Shown here piece after piece: positions 42,601-52,652 of a stretch of 54,051 nucleotides of DNA. The stretch lies in the IMG/VR virus record IMGVR_UViG_2049941000_000114, one strand, 5' to 3'. This stretch comes from an uncultured virus (IMG/VR IMGVR_UViG_2049941000_000114) (Duplodnaviria; Heunggongvirae; Uroviricota; Caudoviricetes). A model generated the notes under the pieces. It saw only the letters and a program-made list of their open reading frames with translations, ran no database searches and was not told where the DNA came from. The first letter of the stretch is position 1. The number at the start of each line of letters is the position of its first letter. The position numbers and the translations under genes were made by a program.

Positions 42601-42713
42601 GTTTCCTGTTGGAAACCTTCTTCAAGATAACATGGTTTTGTTTCCAAGTCAACAACTTTTTTGAACTTTTTTGAAAGTTTTGTATTCACATTGGAAACAC
42701 TTTATGGTATTTT
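42601..42713. promoter_or_regulatory. Divergent promoters and operators of the genetic switch
   Basis: Palindrome GTTTCC-tgtt-GGAAAC at 42601-42616. Minus TTGACT-17-TATCTT (42652-42624). Plus TTCACA-17-TATTTT (42685-42713). Each spacer holds a TGGAAAC half-site. Confidence 0.75.
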
Positions 42714-42734
42714 AAAGGTAGGAGGAAAGGGATT

Positions 42735-43118
42735 ATGTCAGATTTTTCAAGGAATTTATACAACTTAAGAACTGAAAATGGGTATACGTTAGATAGCCTT
42801 GCTACGGCAATAAACAAGGCTTGTGGTACAAACTTTACAAAAAGCACTTTTTCTAAATGGGAAAGAGGGGCGACGGAACCCGCTTTTCAAAGTATTATTC
42901 CAATCGCGGATTTCTTTAATGTGTCTGTGGATTACTTGATAGGCGTTAATACCGTAAAGGTAGATGAAAGATCAGATAAGGTTTCGTTTGAGAACGCAAG
43001 GCTTGTTGGCAAGATCAGAAACGATGCTGAACTTTTAGATGCGCTTAAAGTATATTTCTCCTTACCCGAAGATAAGAAGAAATACGCTGTAAACTTGATT
43101 AAGATGTTGGGAGATTAA
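42735..43118 (+). CDS. CI-like XRE repressor with no peptidase domain
   Basis: LR...GYT...LA...SKWERG.TEP...IADFFNVSVDYLIG. Confidence 0.88.
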   Translation: MSDFSRNLYNLRTENGYTLDSLATAINKACGTNFTKSTFSKWERGATEPAFQSIIPIADFFNVSVDYLIGVNTVKVDERSDKVSFENARLVGKIRNDAELLDALKVYFSLPEDKKKYAVNLIKMLGD

Positions 43119-43218
43119 AGTCGTCCATGATATCTACAACAACAAGGTAGATATACGCTATTACGTCGGGGCGCTTTATTCTTTTCAGTAATTTTAATAG
43201 TGCTTTTTTCATTTCCAT
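43099..43218 (-). CDS. 39-aa peptide convergent on and overlapping the repressor 3' end
   Basis: Manual translation MEMKKALLKLLKRIKRPDVIAYIYLVVVDIMDDFNLPTS*; GAGGG RBS. Confidence 0.5.
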   Translation of the reverse strand: MEMKKALLKLLKRIKRPDVIAYIYLVVVDIMDDFNLPTS

Positions 43219-43357
43219 AGTAAATTCCCTCGTTTCTTATGTTGTTAATAATTTATCACTTTCTAAAACATAAAACGGGAAAGGTTAAAACAGAGTTAAA
43301 ACAATCCATTTTTTATAGAAAAAGGTCAAAAATTCATTCCAAAACGGAGGTAAAAGG

Positions 43358-44074
43358 GTGAAATTAGATGTTTTTATCGTCGAAGATACTAAAATAGACG
43401 CCAAAATTCTTACGGTAATTTTGGAAAACTACTTCGAGGAAAAGCATATCAGTTATTCCATACAGATTTATGATACAGGATTAGCCTTTTATTCAGACTA
43501 CGAGGAAGGCTATATAAATCCGAGTATGATTTTTATGGATATCTTTTTGCCAAAGTCAAATGGCCTTGAATTATGCCGCAAAATGCGTGAAAAGGGCTTT
43601 AATGGCGATATTTTGATTACTTCCGAGACAAAAGACCATTCAATTGACGCTTTTAGCGTTGACGCAAGGGCGTATATCTGTAAGCCGTACAATCCCGTAG
43701 AAGTGTATAAGGTATTGCAACGCGTGTGCCAATATTCTTCTATTCGCACGTTTACGTTTAAGATACGTCAGCGCGTTTATACAGTGCCGGTATCAGACGT
43801 TTGTTATGTAGAAAGCAACGCCAAACGTTGTACGTTACATTGTCGTGATGGCGTTACTTACACGATCTACAGGAAATTAGACGAAATAGCCGAAGAACTT
43901 TCAGACTCGCACTTTATACGATGCCATAAATCGTATCACGTTAACATGGATTGCGTCACGGATTTTACTACAGATGGCTTTAAAATGTTGTGCGGTGACG
44001 TGGTTCCGATTAGACAAGTTGACGTTAAACACGTTAAAGATGCTTATGAGAATTTCTGCAAAAAATACAGATAG
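43358..44074 (+). CDS. LytTR-family response regulator
   Basis: Receiver domain (VED, FMDI, ITS, KP) plus LytTR domain (YVES, FIRCHKSY.VNM). Confidence 0.92.
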   Translation: MKLDVFIVEDTKIDAKILTVILENYFEEKHISYSIQIYDTGLAFYSDYEEGYINPSMIFMDIFLPKSNGLELCRKMREKGFNGDILITSETKDHSIDAFSVDARAYICKPYNPVEVYKVLQRVCQYSSIRTFTFKIRQRVYTVPVSDVCYVESNAKRCTLHCRDGVTYTIYRKLDEIAEELSDSHFIRCHKSYHVNMDCVTDFTTDGFKMLCGDVVPIRQVDVKHVKDAYENFCKKYR

Positions 44075-44077
44075 GAG

Positions 44078-45253
44078 GTGCCTATGTTAATCAAATGCCC
44101 CGAATGTGGTTCTGACATATCAGACAAGGCGTATTCATGCCCTCATTGTGGTTATCCGATAAAGATACCGCCTACGGTAAAACAGGCGTCCTCTCGGTCA
44201 CGTATGCGTTTTAAACGCCTACCAAGTGGCTTTGGCACCATTAAGCATTTATCGGGTAAGCGTAGGAACCCTTACGTTGCCTATCCGACCGCTAAAGAAA
44301 AAGGCTATATGTTAAGCGGTTCGCCTATAAGTCGTAGTGCAATCGGCTACTATTCTACATATCAAGATGCTTATAATGCCTTATTGGAATACAACAAAAA
44401 GCCTTATGACGTGGAAAACAAAGATATAACGTTTGCCGAAGTCCATCAAATGTATTTCAGTGAAAAATTTAATGACCCTAACCGCACCTATTCTGTATCA
44501 TCAATAAACAGCGCTAAAAGCGGGTTTGGAAATCTTAAAGCCATACACGACATTCCTATTCGTCAGTTAAAAACATACCAAATCCAAAAGGTTATAGACG
44601 AATGTACCCTTAAACACGCATCTATTGAATTAATGCTTTTATGTCTTAAAGGTGTGTATGCGTTTGCCGTAAAAAACGATATTGTTGATAAAGATTATTC
44701 GAAATATGTTGAAAAGAAACGTGTCGAAGATGATGAAAAGGGCGAACCTTTTACCGAAGATCAGATAAAAACGCTTTGGAAACACAAAGATAATTCAACG
44801 GCTCAAATAGCATTGATTATGATATATTCGGGATTGCGCATAAAGGAACTCGAAACCATAACGATAGATTTAGAACATAACGTTATGATCGGTGGCTTAA
44901 AGACACGTTCCGGCAAAAACAGAACTATTCCGATACACCCCGCAATTAAAGATATGATTGCAAAATTTGAACCCAATACTTTTAGCGCTGAATACTATCG
45001 TAAAAACAGATTTTATTCATTGTTGCAAGAGTTAGACATTCAAACATCGGCAATAGGAACAAAACATACACCGCATGATTGCCGACATACCTTTGTTTGG
45101 CTTGCTGATAAATACAGGCTTGACACTTTGGCTAAAAAGATGATCGTCGGACACGCTTTGGGGAATGACATTGATGATAACACATACGGTCATAGAACGG
45201 CCGAAGAATTATACTCTGAAATTTGCAAAATTACACTCGGAAAACAGGCTTGA
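44078..45253 (+). CDS. int: Tyrosine integrase with N-terminal zinc ribbon
   Basis: SGLR, K, HDCRHT, GH, Y catalytic set; CPEC/CPHC N-terminus. Confidence 0.93.
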   Translation: MPMLIKCPECGSDISDKAYSCPHCGYPIKIPPTVKQASSRSRMRFKRLPSGFGTIKHLSGKRRNPYVAYPTAKEKGYMLSGSPISRSAIGYYSTYQDAYNALLEYNKKPYDVENKDITFAEVHQMYFSEKFNDPNRTYSVSSINSAKSGFGNLKAIHDIPIRQLKTYQIQKVIDECTLKHASIELMLLCLKGVYAFAVKNDIVDKDYSKYVEKKRVEDDEKGEPFTEDQIKTLWKHKDNSTAQIALIMIYSGLRIKELETITIDLEHNVMIGGLKTRSGKNRTIPIHPAIKDMIAKFEPNTFSAEYYRKNRFYSLLQELDIQTSAIGTKHTPHDCRHTFVWLADKYRLDTLAKKMIVGHALGNDIDDNTYGHRTAEELYSEICKITLGKQA

Positions 45254-45500
45254 ATTTGTTACCAATTTGTTGCCAATTGTGCATAATTGCATGTGATTTT
45301 CTATAATTTTGTTTGGATTTTAAAAAATGCTGTTTTGTTGATAAATTCAACGTTTTTACCTGTTTTACTGTTGTGAAATAAACACCGTACGAATTAAAGC
45401 GCTCTTAATGACATGTTATCTACCACAAAGATAAAACCCCGTGTTTATGCGGGGTTTGCGGGATTTGCGTGTACTTTTTTGTTGCTAATTGCGCATAACT
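45254..45500. other. Probable attP region
   Basis: Arm-like repeats tttgttRcYaat at about 45255, 45266 and 45478 flanking a candidate core, with a hairpin at 45434-45457. Confidence 0.55.
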
Positions 45501-45558
45501 TTTTGTAATTTTTCATAACGGTTTTTGAAAAATTATATGTCAAAGTAAATGCTTTTAA

Positions 45559-46158
45559 CTAACAAAACTTATTTATTATCAATGCTATTATAATAATTAG
45601 TATTATCCAAATAAAGGTCGAACAGCCTTTGTTGAACTTTTTTTGTTCTTCCTCTTTCATTACGGCCTCTATTCTTTTGTGTTCTTCTTCGATCTCTTTT
45701 TGTCTTATGTTTTCTTCATATTCTGCTAATTCTCGTTTTTTTATCATCATATCAGCAGAATAAGACTCTCTATATTTTCCAAACCTTTCACCAACAAGAA
45801 ACTTGTCGGCCATTTTTTCGTATGTATCTATTCTTTGTTTTAAACGTTCGTATTTTTCCAAACTATCCAAAGTATATAAACGTGTCCAATAAGCAACATT
45901 ATTTATGGACATAAACTCATTTCTTGGGTCGGTAGCATAATAATATGCAAAATCCTCTCTTAACCTATCTTCATGTGTTATTAACCAATTTTCAAACATG
46001 GTGTCTGCATCAAGAACATTCGACGAAACGTTGTAATTTTCTATGTTAATAACGTTCCTTAAAATCTCCTTGCTACCGCAATAAGGACAAAACAGGATAT
46101 TCTGATTGTCCTTTAAATCCATTTCACCACCACAAGATTGACACTTACATTTTGCCAT
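45559..46158 (-). CDS. Zinc-ribbon protein with C-terminal TM helix (moron-like)
   Basis: CQSC...CPYC, coiled coil, C-terminal FIWIILIIIIALII. Confidence 0.8.
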   Translation of the reverse strand: MAKCKCQSCGGEMDLKDNQNILFCPYCGSKEILRNVINIENYNVSSNVLDADTMFENWLITHEDRLREDFAYYYATDPRNEFMSINNVAYWTRLYTLDSLEKYERLKQRIDTYEKMADKFLVGERFGKYRESYSADMMIKKRELAEYEENIRQKEIEEEHKRIEAVMKEEEQKKFNKGCSTFIWIILIIIIALIINKFC

Positions 46159-46195
46159 ATTGGTTTTCCCCCTGTCGTTTTTATAACAGTATATA

Positions 46196-46243
46196 TTACT
46201 TGACGTGTAATGTATAGGGATTTGGGTTGTATTCTATCCACAT
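46196..46243 (-). pseudogene. 15-codon stump of the NPNP gene
   Basis: MWIEYNPNPYTLHVK*; 46216-46265 is identical to 53003-53052. Confidence 0.75.
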
Positions 46244-46383
46244 AGTTTTATCTCCTTGATATAAAGTTTAGGGCTTAACTATGCGAGTTTAAATGAAATA
46301 AAAGTGCAACTTTCGTGCATCTTTTTTAAAGATTTGGGATTTTCTATTCCGAAATGAGAATTAGAAACAAAAAAAGGCACCCT

Positions 46384-46581
46384 TTACAGGTGCCTAAAGA
46401 TAATTTCTTCTGATTTGTAGACTATGTTCTTGACTTGTCTTACCGATAAATCAAATTCCTCGGCAAGTGGCTCATAACGAATACCGTCCAATAATCGCCT
46501 TTTTACGAGACGTCTATTGCGTTCTGACTTTATCCAAGAATTAATAAGTGTTTCGAGTTGTTCTATGCTTAAATTATCCAT
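46384..46581 (-). CDS. Small sigma-region-4-like HTH protein
   Basis: RRLLDGIRYEPLAEEFDLSVRQVKNIVYK. Confidence 0.75.
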   Translation of the reverse strand: MDNLSIEQLETLINSWIKSERNRRLVKRRLLDGIRYEPLAEEFDLSVRQVKNIVYKSEEIIFRHL

Positions 46582-46739
46582 AGAACGTTACTTACAATTA
46601 AGGCGATCAATAAAACTATACACAAAGCCCATAAACGCTTATTTATGCGCTCAAATCTTGCCATATCGCTTTCATACAAAAGATAGACCATGTTATCAAC
46701 GTCATTTTTGTATTTTGATAAATCTATTCTATTTTTCAT
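46569..46739 (-). CDS. 56-aa membrane protein
   Basis: Manual translation ...YESDMARFERINKRLWALCIVLLIALIVSNVLWII*; GAGGT RBS. Confidence 0.65.
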   Translation of the reverse strand: MKNRIDLSKYKNDVDNMVYLLYESDMARFERINKRLWALCIVLLIALIVSNVLWII

Positions 46740-46824
46740 GCTTTTTACCTCACGTAAAGGCGAGCCGGCAATATACCGACCCGCCGAAAGAAAAGGAATA
46801 TAATATGAAAAGCCTTATGGCTAA

Positions 46825-48193
46825 TCATCGAGGAATGAGTATCTTTTCACCAACGAAGATTTTGTTTTTGTCCTTAATCTGCGGATTTACTTTCATAATT
46901 GCATCAACGGTTGTGTTAAAATCTTTCGCGATCTTTGTAAGCGTATCGCCTTTCTGAACCACATATATCGTCGGTGTCGGGGGTGTGGGTGTCGGTTCCG
47001 GCGTAGGCTGTGGCTGTTCGTTATACTTCGGACAAATAAAGCCACGAATGTAACGATAATTAACCGTGATAACTCTACGCTGACACTTTCCGTCGTAATT
47101 ACCCTCTATAACTGTAATCTTTCCGTTTGAAACCGTTTCAACCGCGCCAACATGGTTAGGCTGACCTGTGCAATCGCCTTTTCCGTCGTCCTCCCAATCA
47201 TAAAGAATAAGATCGGCGGGCTTTGGTACATAAGCATCGTTTTCTTGCCATATACCCATTGATTGAGCAATCTTCATCATCTGCGTACATGAACACTCGA
47301 TAGGATATATAGCCGTATATCCGACCGCTATAGCGCTTGCTGATACTGTGGCCGCACACCATGCGTCATTCATGGTCAACTTGTGACCGCGCGGGTGAGG
47401 TAAATAACTGTTATATATGTCAACAATTTCTCGATGCTTTGCGTTTCCGTCAGCGGCGCCGATAAATGATCTCATCTGATTGACGTAAACCTCGCGAGAA
47501 TACTTAACGGGCGTCGTTGCAAAGTATTTATTGTAAAAGTCGGTAGCATATTCTACACGTTTGCGCTGATTTTCTTCCGATGTGTCAGCCGGTCTTTCAA
47601 AATCAAGCATAAAACGTCTTGCGCAATCGCTTATTGTCGATGCGGGGTTTGTTATAACGTTCCACACCGAACGGTATTTGTTGGTAAGTTCCCAATAAAG
47701 ATAATCGAACTGTAGTAGCATATCTCCGATAGAAACGTCTCTATCTGTCGCAAGTTTAAGTAAATTGCGCTTTCGCGAATAATACGACCATTGACAGATC
47801 CCGTAACCGGCTGAATCCTCAAAATTACGAGTATGATCGTCAATCTGACGTGTATATTCTTCGTCTGTGATGTTCCATTTCTTGTTGTAAGAATTTTGTA
47901 GATTTGTAGGATATAGCGCTGACTCTGCGTATANNNNNNNNNNTCCATTGACAGATACCGTAACCGGCTGAATCCTCAAAATTGCGGATATGATCGTCAA
48001 TCTGACGTGTATATTCTTCGTCTGTGATGTTCCATTTTTCGTTGTAAGAATTTTGTAGATTTGTGGGATATAGCGCTGACTCTGCGTATAAGTTGGCCAA
48101 CATACTACATACGCCATTAATTGTTACGCCTTTACTTCTAAAATACTCGGTAAAAGGTTTAACAAGCGCTTCGTTATAAGACTTTAAAGCCAT
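46825..48193 (-). CDS. Endolysin: phage-tail-lysozyme domain, CHAP, Pro linker, LysM (gap duplication inside)
   Basis: NLYAES...GYGICQW...FERPA; WCAATVS...HVG.V...IEGN; YVVQKGDTL..IA. Confidence 0.9.
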
Positions 48194-48317
48194 GTTTATA
48201 CTCCTTTTCGCATAAAAAAACACCCCAAAGCCAACCGGCTTTGNNNNNNNNNNCACGCTATCCGAACGCAATCTAAAATGGATTTTGTGTCTATTCCGCC
48301 ACTATGTTGGTTTTGAC

Positions 48318-48621
48318 TTAACTTGTAACCATTGGCAAAAACTGTACTGTTAAGGTTGAGCCACTATTCGTACCAATGCGGTATCGTCTACCTTTATATA
48401 CATGGGTAGAACAAAAAGAGCCTACATTAGCGTTATAGCCAACCGATGAAGCAAGTGCCAACCCCGATGTATCGTCAATAATATATACATAAGCATTGGC
48501 TGTATTATTGTTGGTAATCGCTTGTAAAATACCGTTATCGGTTGCTGTCCACAATGTTATATTGCCTAATTGTGTAGGCGATGATGTGGTAGGTGAAGCA
48601 TTTATCGCATCTTCCACGCTT
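48318..48621 (-). CDS. Tail-fibre-like C-terminal fragment (alternative tip)
   Basis: Starts SVEDAI like the interior of 48936-49739 and then diverges. Confidence 0.55.
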
Positions 48622-48935
48622 NNNNNNNNNNTTAAGCATCTGCAAAAGCATCATTCTTCTTGTTCTTTGTATCGGCGTTGCTTTCTTATCGCCTATTTCT
48701 TCATCGAGTTTTTCCAACGCTTTTATGATTTTTTCAACCATAGGTTATTCCTCGCTTTCTTTTTCATAATATTTTTTGCAAATATCATAACGATAGCAAT
48801 CTCCGCAATCGTTATATGGCTCATCACCACTTTTGCCTGTGACTAAATCACAATCTGTACTAAAAACCATTTTTCTCCTTATTGTGTAATTAATGTCCTA
48901 AAGACTCGATATAATATCCGCCACTATGTTGGGAC

Positions 48936-49739
48936 TTAATAAACTCCATATATTTGATAGATATATTCACCGCTTGTACATTCTATCAATCTGAATGATG
49001 TTGAACTTGCGCTAATTCTTAAGAATTTATCTCCTTTGTTATATGGTAAATAACAGCCCATGTTCGCCACCATTGAGGGAAGTATACCAAAACTTTTACT
49101 ACTTGAACCGTCGCTTGAATTGCCTGTTCTTGCAACAAGGAATTTAAAATCTGTGACATTATCTGTAAGCGTAACGGTATTATCTGCCGTAAACTTTCCA
49201 CTATTGTATATTTGTTTGTACTTATAACCAAGTGCCGTATTAATATCATCAATCGCATCTTCCACACTCGTCACGCCATCGCTCATCATACAATTCTGCG
49301 CATTTGCCTTTACGCTTGATGCAATGGCGTTAACTGTGGCGGTAAGGTCTTTCTTGTAGGTATAAACATACAAGGGTTTAATAGACGAGTTATCTGTGCT
49401 TCTATTAGACCCCGAATATTGCGTATAGCCATCAAGAAATTGTAACTTTGTGTCTGACACATAATTAAATTCACGGCAATAGTTTATGTTCTGCGCACTA
49501 CTTCCCGAAGTACCGGCAAATGATACTACTCCACCGTATCCTTTTGGTGTATCGACACTTGCAATTCTATCACCCACAAGGAATAGTGTTCTCGTAAATT
49601 CATAATCGGTGGGGGTATCAAGGTCTATTTGTTGACCCGCAAAGGCACTTGACGGACTATTATTAATCCACGCAAGATGTATAATCTCACCTGTAATCTT
49701 TGCCGGAATAGACGATCTTATTAATTTACATTTAGCCAT
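48936..49739 (-). CDS. Tail fibre / receptor-binding-like protein
   Basis: Beta-rich domains; follows the 639-aa fibre-like gene. Confidence 0.6.
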   Translation of the reverse strand: MAKCKLIRSSIPAKITGEIIHLAWINNSPSSAFAGQQIDLDTPTDYEFTRTLFLVGDRIASVDTPKGYGGVVSFAGTSGSSAQNINYCREFNYVSDTKLQFLDGYTQYSGSNRSTDNSSIKPLYVYTYKKDLTATVNAIASSVKANAQNCMMSDGVTSVEDAIDDINTALGYKYKQIYNSGKFTADNTVTLTDNVTDFKFLVARTGNSSDGSSSKSFGILPSMVANMGCYLPYNKGDKFLRISASSTSFRLIECTSGEYIYQIYGVY

Positions 49740-49743
49740 ATTA

Positions 49744-51663
49744 TTACCTACCTTTCGCTACCATTACCATATTTACGGTTAACGCTTCAACGGCATATAA
49801 AATGTACTGACCGCTTGCGCTGTGAACTTCGCGGATTTTGCAAACTTCTGATTGCTCGGTGTCGGAATCAAGAACGTTTGTCGGACTCTCAAAACTGATT
49901 TCAGATACCGAATTAACAGTTACGTCCGAGTCAGAAACAATCGCCACATAAGGGCAAACCGTATTTGTGTTTGAATCGGTATTTGCCACCCAATCAGTTG
50001 TTTCGACGGTATATCTTCTTGAATCTATGGCGTTAGGTACATCGTGACGTAAGTAGTCCTTTAAGTTACGTCCGTACAACGTCTGTGCATATACAGGAAT
50101 CTGCGAACCAACGAAGTATTCAATACCGTGATCAGATACCGTGTAATCGGGCAAAACGCCACTCGGAATCATGTAAGTTACAGGCGTTGCTCTTACAAGG
50201 TAAATGTAGTTGGTATCATAATCGTAATCACGTCCGCTTGCCTGTGCTATAGCCAAGTTAGCGGCCGAATAAGTCATACGCTCAATTCTGTCGTATTCGA
50301 TAAACGTATTAGAGTTGATCTCGTCACGTACGGTACCAACAGCGCAAAGACCTTTAACCGTATGAGGTAACGGGTTGTCTGCTGTGTCTACGGTAGGTAA
50401 AATAACCGTTGACTCGGTAAACGTCTGAAAAGCACCCTCATAGCCCTCCGTCCAATCCGTCCACGGCAAATAGATATATGTGGTATCGTTACCGCCAACA
50501 ACGAATACGTAACCGTTATCTTCAATATTGAAGAAACCGTCTACGATCGTTACGGGCGTCTGCTGACCTGTTGTGGTGGTGCTGAATGTTACGCTTGTGT
50601 ATGCACCGCCGATCTTGTACTGATGGCCACCGGCAACGTAAGCATATCCGTTAGAACTCTGATATAAGTTCCATCCTGTAGACTTAAACGCTGTAGGCGT
50701 AGCCACGGTAATAGTTCCGCGATTTTCTGCTGTAAAATTAACGGTAAGTGTTGCTTTACCGCTTCTGTATACAACCGTAATCGTGTCTAACTCAACGGCA
50801 CCACCCGAAACGGTAACACCATAATCGGCAAGATCAACGACGTTGCTTAAATAAGTCCAATCGGTACCGTCATAAGAAAAGGCGTAGTTACCATCAACGT
50901 TTGATACGGCTGTACCAAAGTCAGACGCGTCAACTTCTACTTCAAGACTTATGTTAGATGAATAAGCCTGTGCGTTTTCTTCGGGAACATCAATTGTTAC
51001 ACCGTAATCGGTTATATCGACAACGTTATTGTCGTAATACCAATCGGATCCGTCGTAAGTGAATACGTATGTACCGCTTGTGTTGTTAACTTCGGCAACG
51101 AACGTATCTCTGTCAAAGGAATAACTCATAGCGGGAACAATACTTTTTGTTAAAACTTCTGCCGAGTAACCTGTCTTAACCGCATTTCCCTGTACGCTTG
51201 ATACCCATGCGTCACCGTCTGCGATTGATTGACTACCGCCCGACGTATCAATAATAAACGCTCTAAATTCTGTCTGTGCGTCGTCTGACGTAAGGTTGTC
51301 AGCGTAATCAACTACAGTAAGTTCTACGTTACCGTTTTCGTCGGGTTCTACATGGTTAACGGATTTAACCGTACCCTCTGAAACGTCAGCGTGTATTGTT
51401 CCGTCCTCATCAATTGTTATGGTTACGCCATCAATCTTGACACCGCCAAGTATTTCTGTACTCGCTACGGGGAGTTCATAAGTACCACCACTGACACAAA
51501 ACATCCACTTTGAAGTATCTGTAGGCAATGTACCCGCCGGTACATCGGTTAAGGCGATATATAAACTGTCCTCATAACTTACGGCGTCTAATTTCTGATA
51601 AGACACCACGCTATTCCATGTTCCTTTCGGAACTATAGCAACTCTACCCGCTATTGCGCTCAT
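49744..51663 (-). CDS. Tail fibre-like protein
   Basis: GRVAIVPKGTWN, LPVAST..LGGVK, VKSVN...PDENGNV, and a duplicated YVF.YDG.DW unit. Confidence 0.75.
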   Translation of the reverse strand: MSAIAGRVAIVPKGTWNSVVSYQKLDAVSYEDSLYIALTDVPAGTLPTDTSKWMFCVSGGTYELPVASTEILGGVKIDGVTITIDEDGTIHADVSEGTVKSVNHVEPDENGNVELTVVDYADNLTSDDAQTEFRAFIIDTSGGSQSIADGDAWVSSVQGNAVKTGYSAEVLTKSIVPAMSYSFDRDTFVAEVNNTSGTYVFTYDGSDWYYDNNVVDITDYGVTIDVPEENAQAYSSNISLEVEVDASDFGTAVSNVDGNYAFSYDGTDWTYLSNVVDLADYGVTVSGGAVELDTITVVYRSGKATLTVNFTAENRGTITVATPTAFKSTGWNLYQSSNGYAYVAGGHQYKIGGAYTSVTFSTTTTGQQTPVTIVDGFFNIEDNGYVFVVGGNDTTYIYLPWTDWTEGYEGAFQTFTESTVILPTVDTADNPLPHTVKGLCAVGTVRDEINSNTFIEYDRIERMTYSAANLAIAQASGRDYDYDTNYIYLVRATPVTYMIPSGVLPDYTVSDHGIEYFVGSQIPVYAQTLYGRNLKDYLRHDVPNAIDSRRYTVETTDWVANTDSNTNTVCPYVAIVSDSDVTVNSVSEISFESPTNVLDSDTEQSEVCKIREVHSASGQYILYAVEALTVNMVMVAKGR

Positions 51664-51727
51664 GTGTTAACTACCTCCCATGTTAAGTTACCGTTGTTGT
51701 CAACGGCGAATGAATATNNNNNNNNNN

Positions 51728-51830
51728 TGTTGCCTAACATACCGCATATGCCGTTAATCGTTACGCCTTTGCTCTTAAAATACTCGGTAAAAGGCTTAAC
51801 AAGCGCTTCATTGTAAGACTTTAAAGCCAT
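51728..51830 (-). CDS. Second allele of the endolysin 5' end
   Basis: MALKSYNEALVKPFTEYF copy. Confidence 0.75.
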
Positions 51831-51898
51831 GTTTTATACTCCTTTTCGCATAAAAAAACACCCCAAAGCCGTTTGGCCTTGGGGTTGTTCGTTAGTTA

Positions 51899-52228
51899 TT
51901 AGTTATCTGCCACCCATGAGTAAGTTGGCGTACCATCCGACACCGTAACTTTAAGGGTGTATGTACCGTCTGTAGTGGGCGCTTCGGGCATTGCGCGACT
52001 TTGGATTTCATCGTCTAATTCTTCGAGAAAATCCATGATCTGTTCGTATACGTCGGGTGTAGGCGGTTGCGGTGTTAATCCCTCGCTATAACCGCTTTCA
52101 TTGACGGGTATCAATATCATGTTGGTTGTAATGCGTTCGTCGTCGTGCGTGCCATATACAGACACTTTAAACGCGCTTGCTTTAAGCACTTCCCACGGAA
52201 CCATACAACTGTCGCCTACAAGCGGAAC
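51899..52228 (-). CDS. BppU-like protein, C-terminal part (N-terminus at 53063-53224)
   Basis: VPWEVL...VSVYG...ITTN...ESGY...TPDVYEQI. Confidence 0.6.
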   Translation of the reverse strand, partial: VPLVGDSCMVPWEVLKASAFKVSVYGTHDDERITTNMILIPVNESGYSEGLTPQPPTPDVYEQIMDFLEELDDEIQSRAMPEAPTTDGTYTLKVTVSDGTPTYSWVADN

Positions 52229-52238
52229 NNNNNNNNNN

Positions 52239-52650
52239 TCTTTCCTTTCTTTAGACTCTCTAATTGCTTTTTTAGGTCGTCTACGTCGCCCTGTAAGGCG
52301 CTTAACTTATCGTCAAGGTCATTCTTATCGTCTGTTATCTTTTTCTCGTCTCTAAAGACGTAATCGGCTATTCTGATAGAGGGTTTTCCTGTTGCGTCCG
52401 TCTGCTTAAGGTAAATAACCTGTTTGTCAGAATCCCATAATGCGACCGCGTTATTTGGCGTTACAAAATAGTTCATAACGTCACCCTCTTTAACCCAAAT
52501 AATATTTGAGTTATTCTGCGGTATCTGCGGTGTTTGCTGTGTCTGTGGCGTAGTATTCTGCGGTACGTTTACCGCCGGAATAGTCGGCTGTTGAAAGTTC
52601 GGGTAAAATGCGGGCTGATAGCCCATTGGAAAAGCATTGTTGTAAGCCAT
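52239..52650 (-). CDS. Q/P/N-rich hypothetical protein with IIWV domain
   Basis: Low-complexity N-terminus, then IIWV...LWDSD..VIYLK.TDA.GKP. Confidence 0.75.
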
Positions 52651-52652
52651 TT

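Noticed and set aside
43262..43305. gttaaaa(a)ca direct repeats as a LytTR binding site
   Set aside because: AT-rich, and the 12-bp period does not match the roughly two-helical-turn spacing typical of LytTR sites; too weak.
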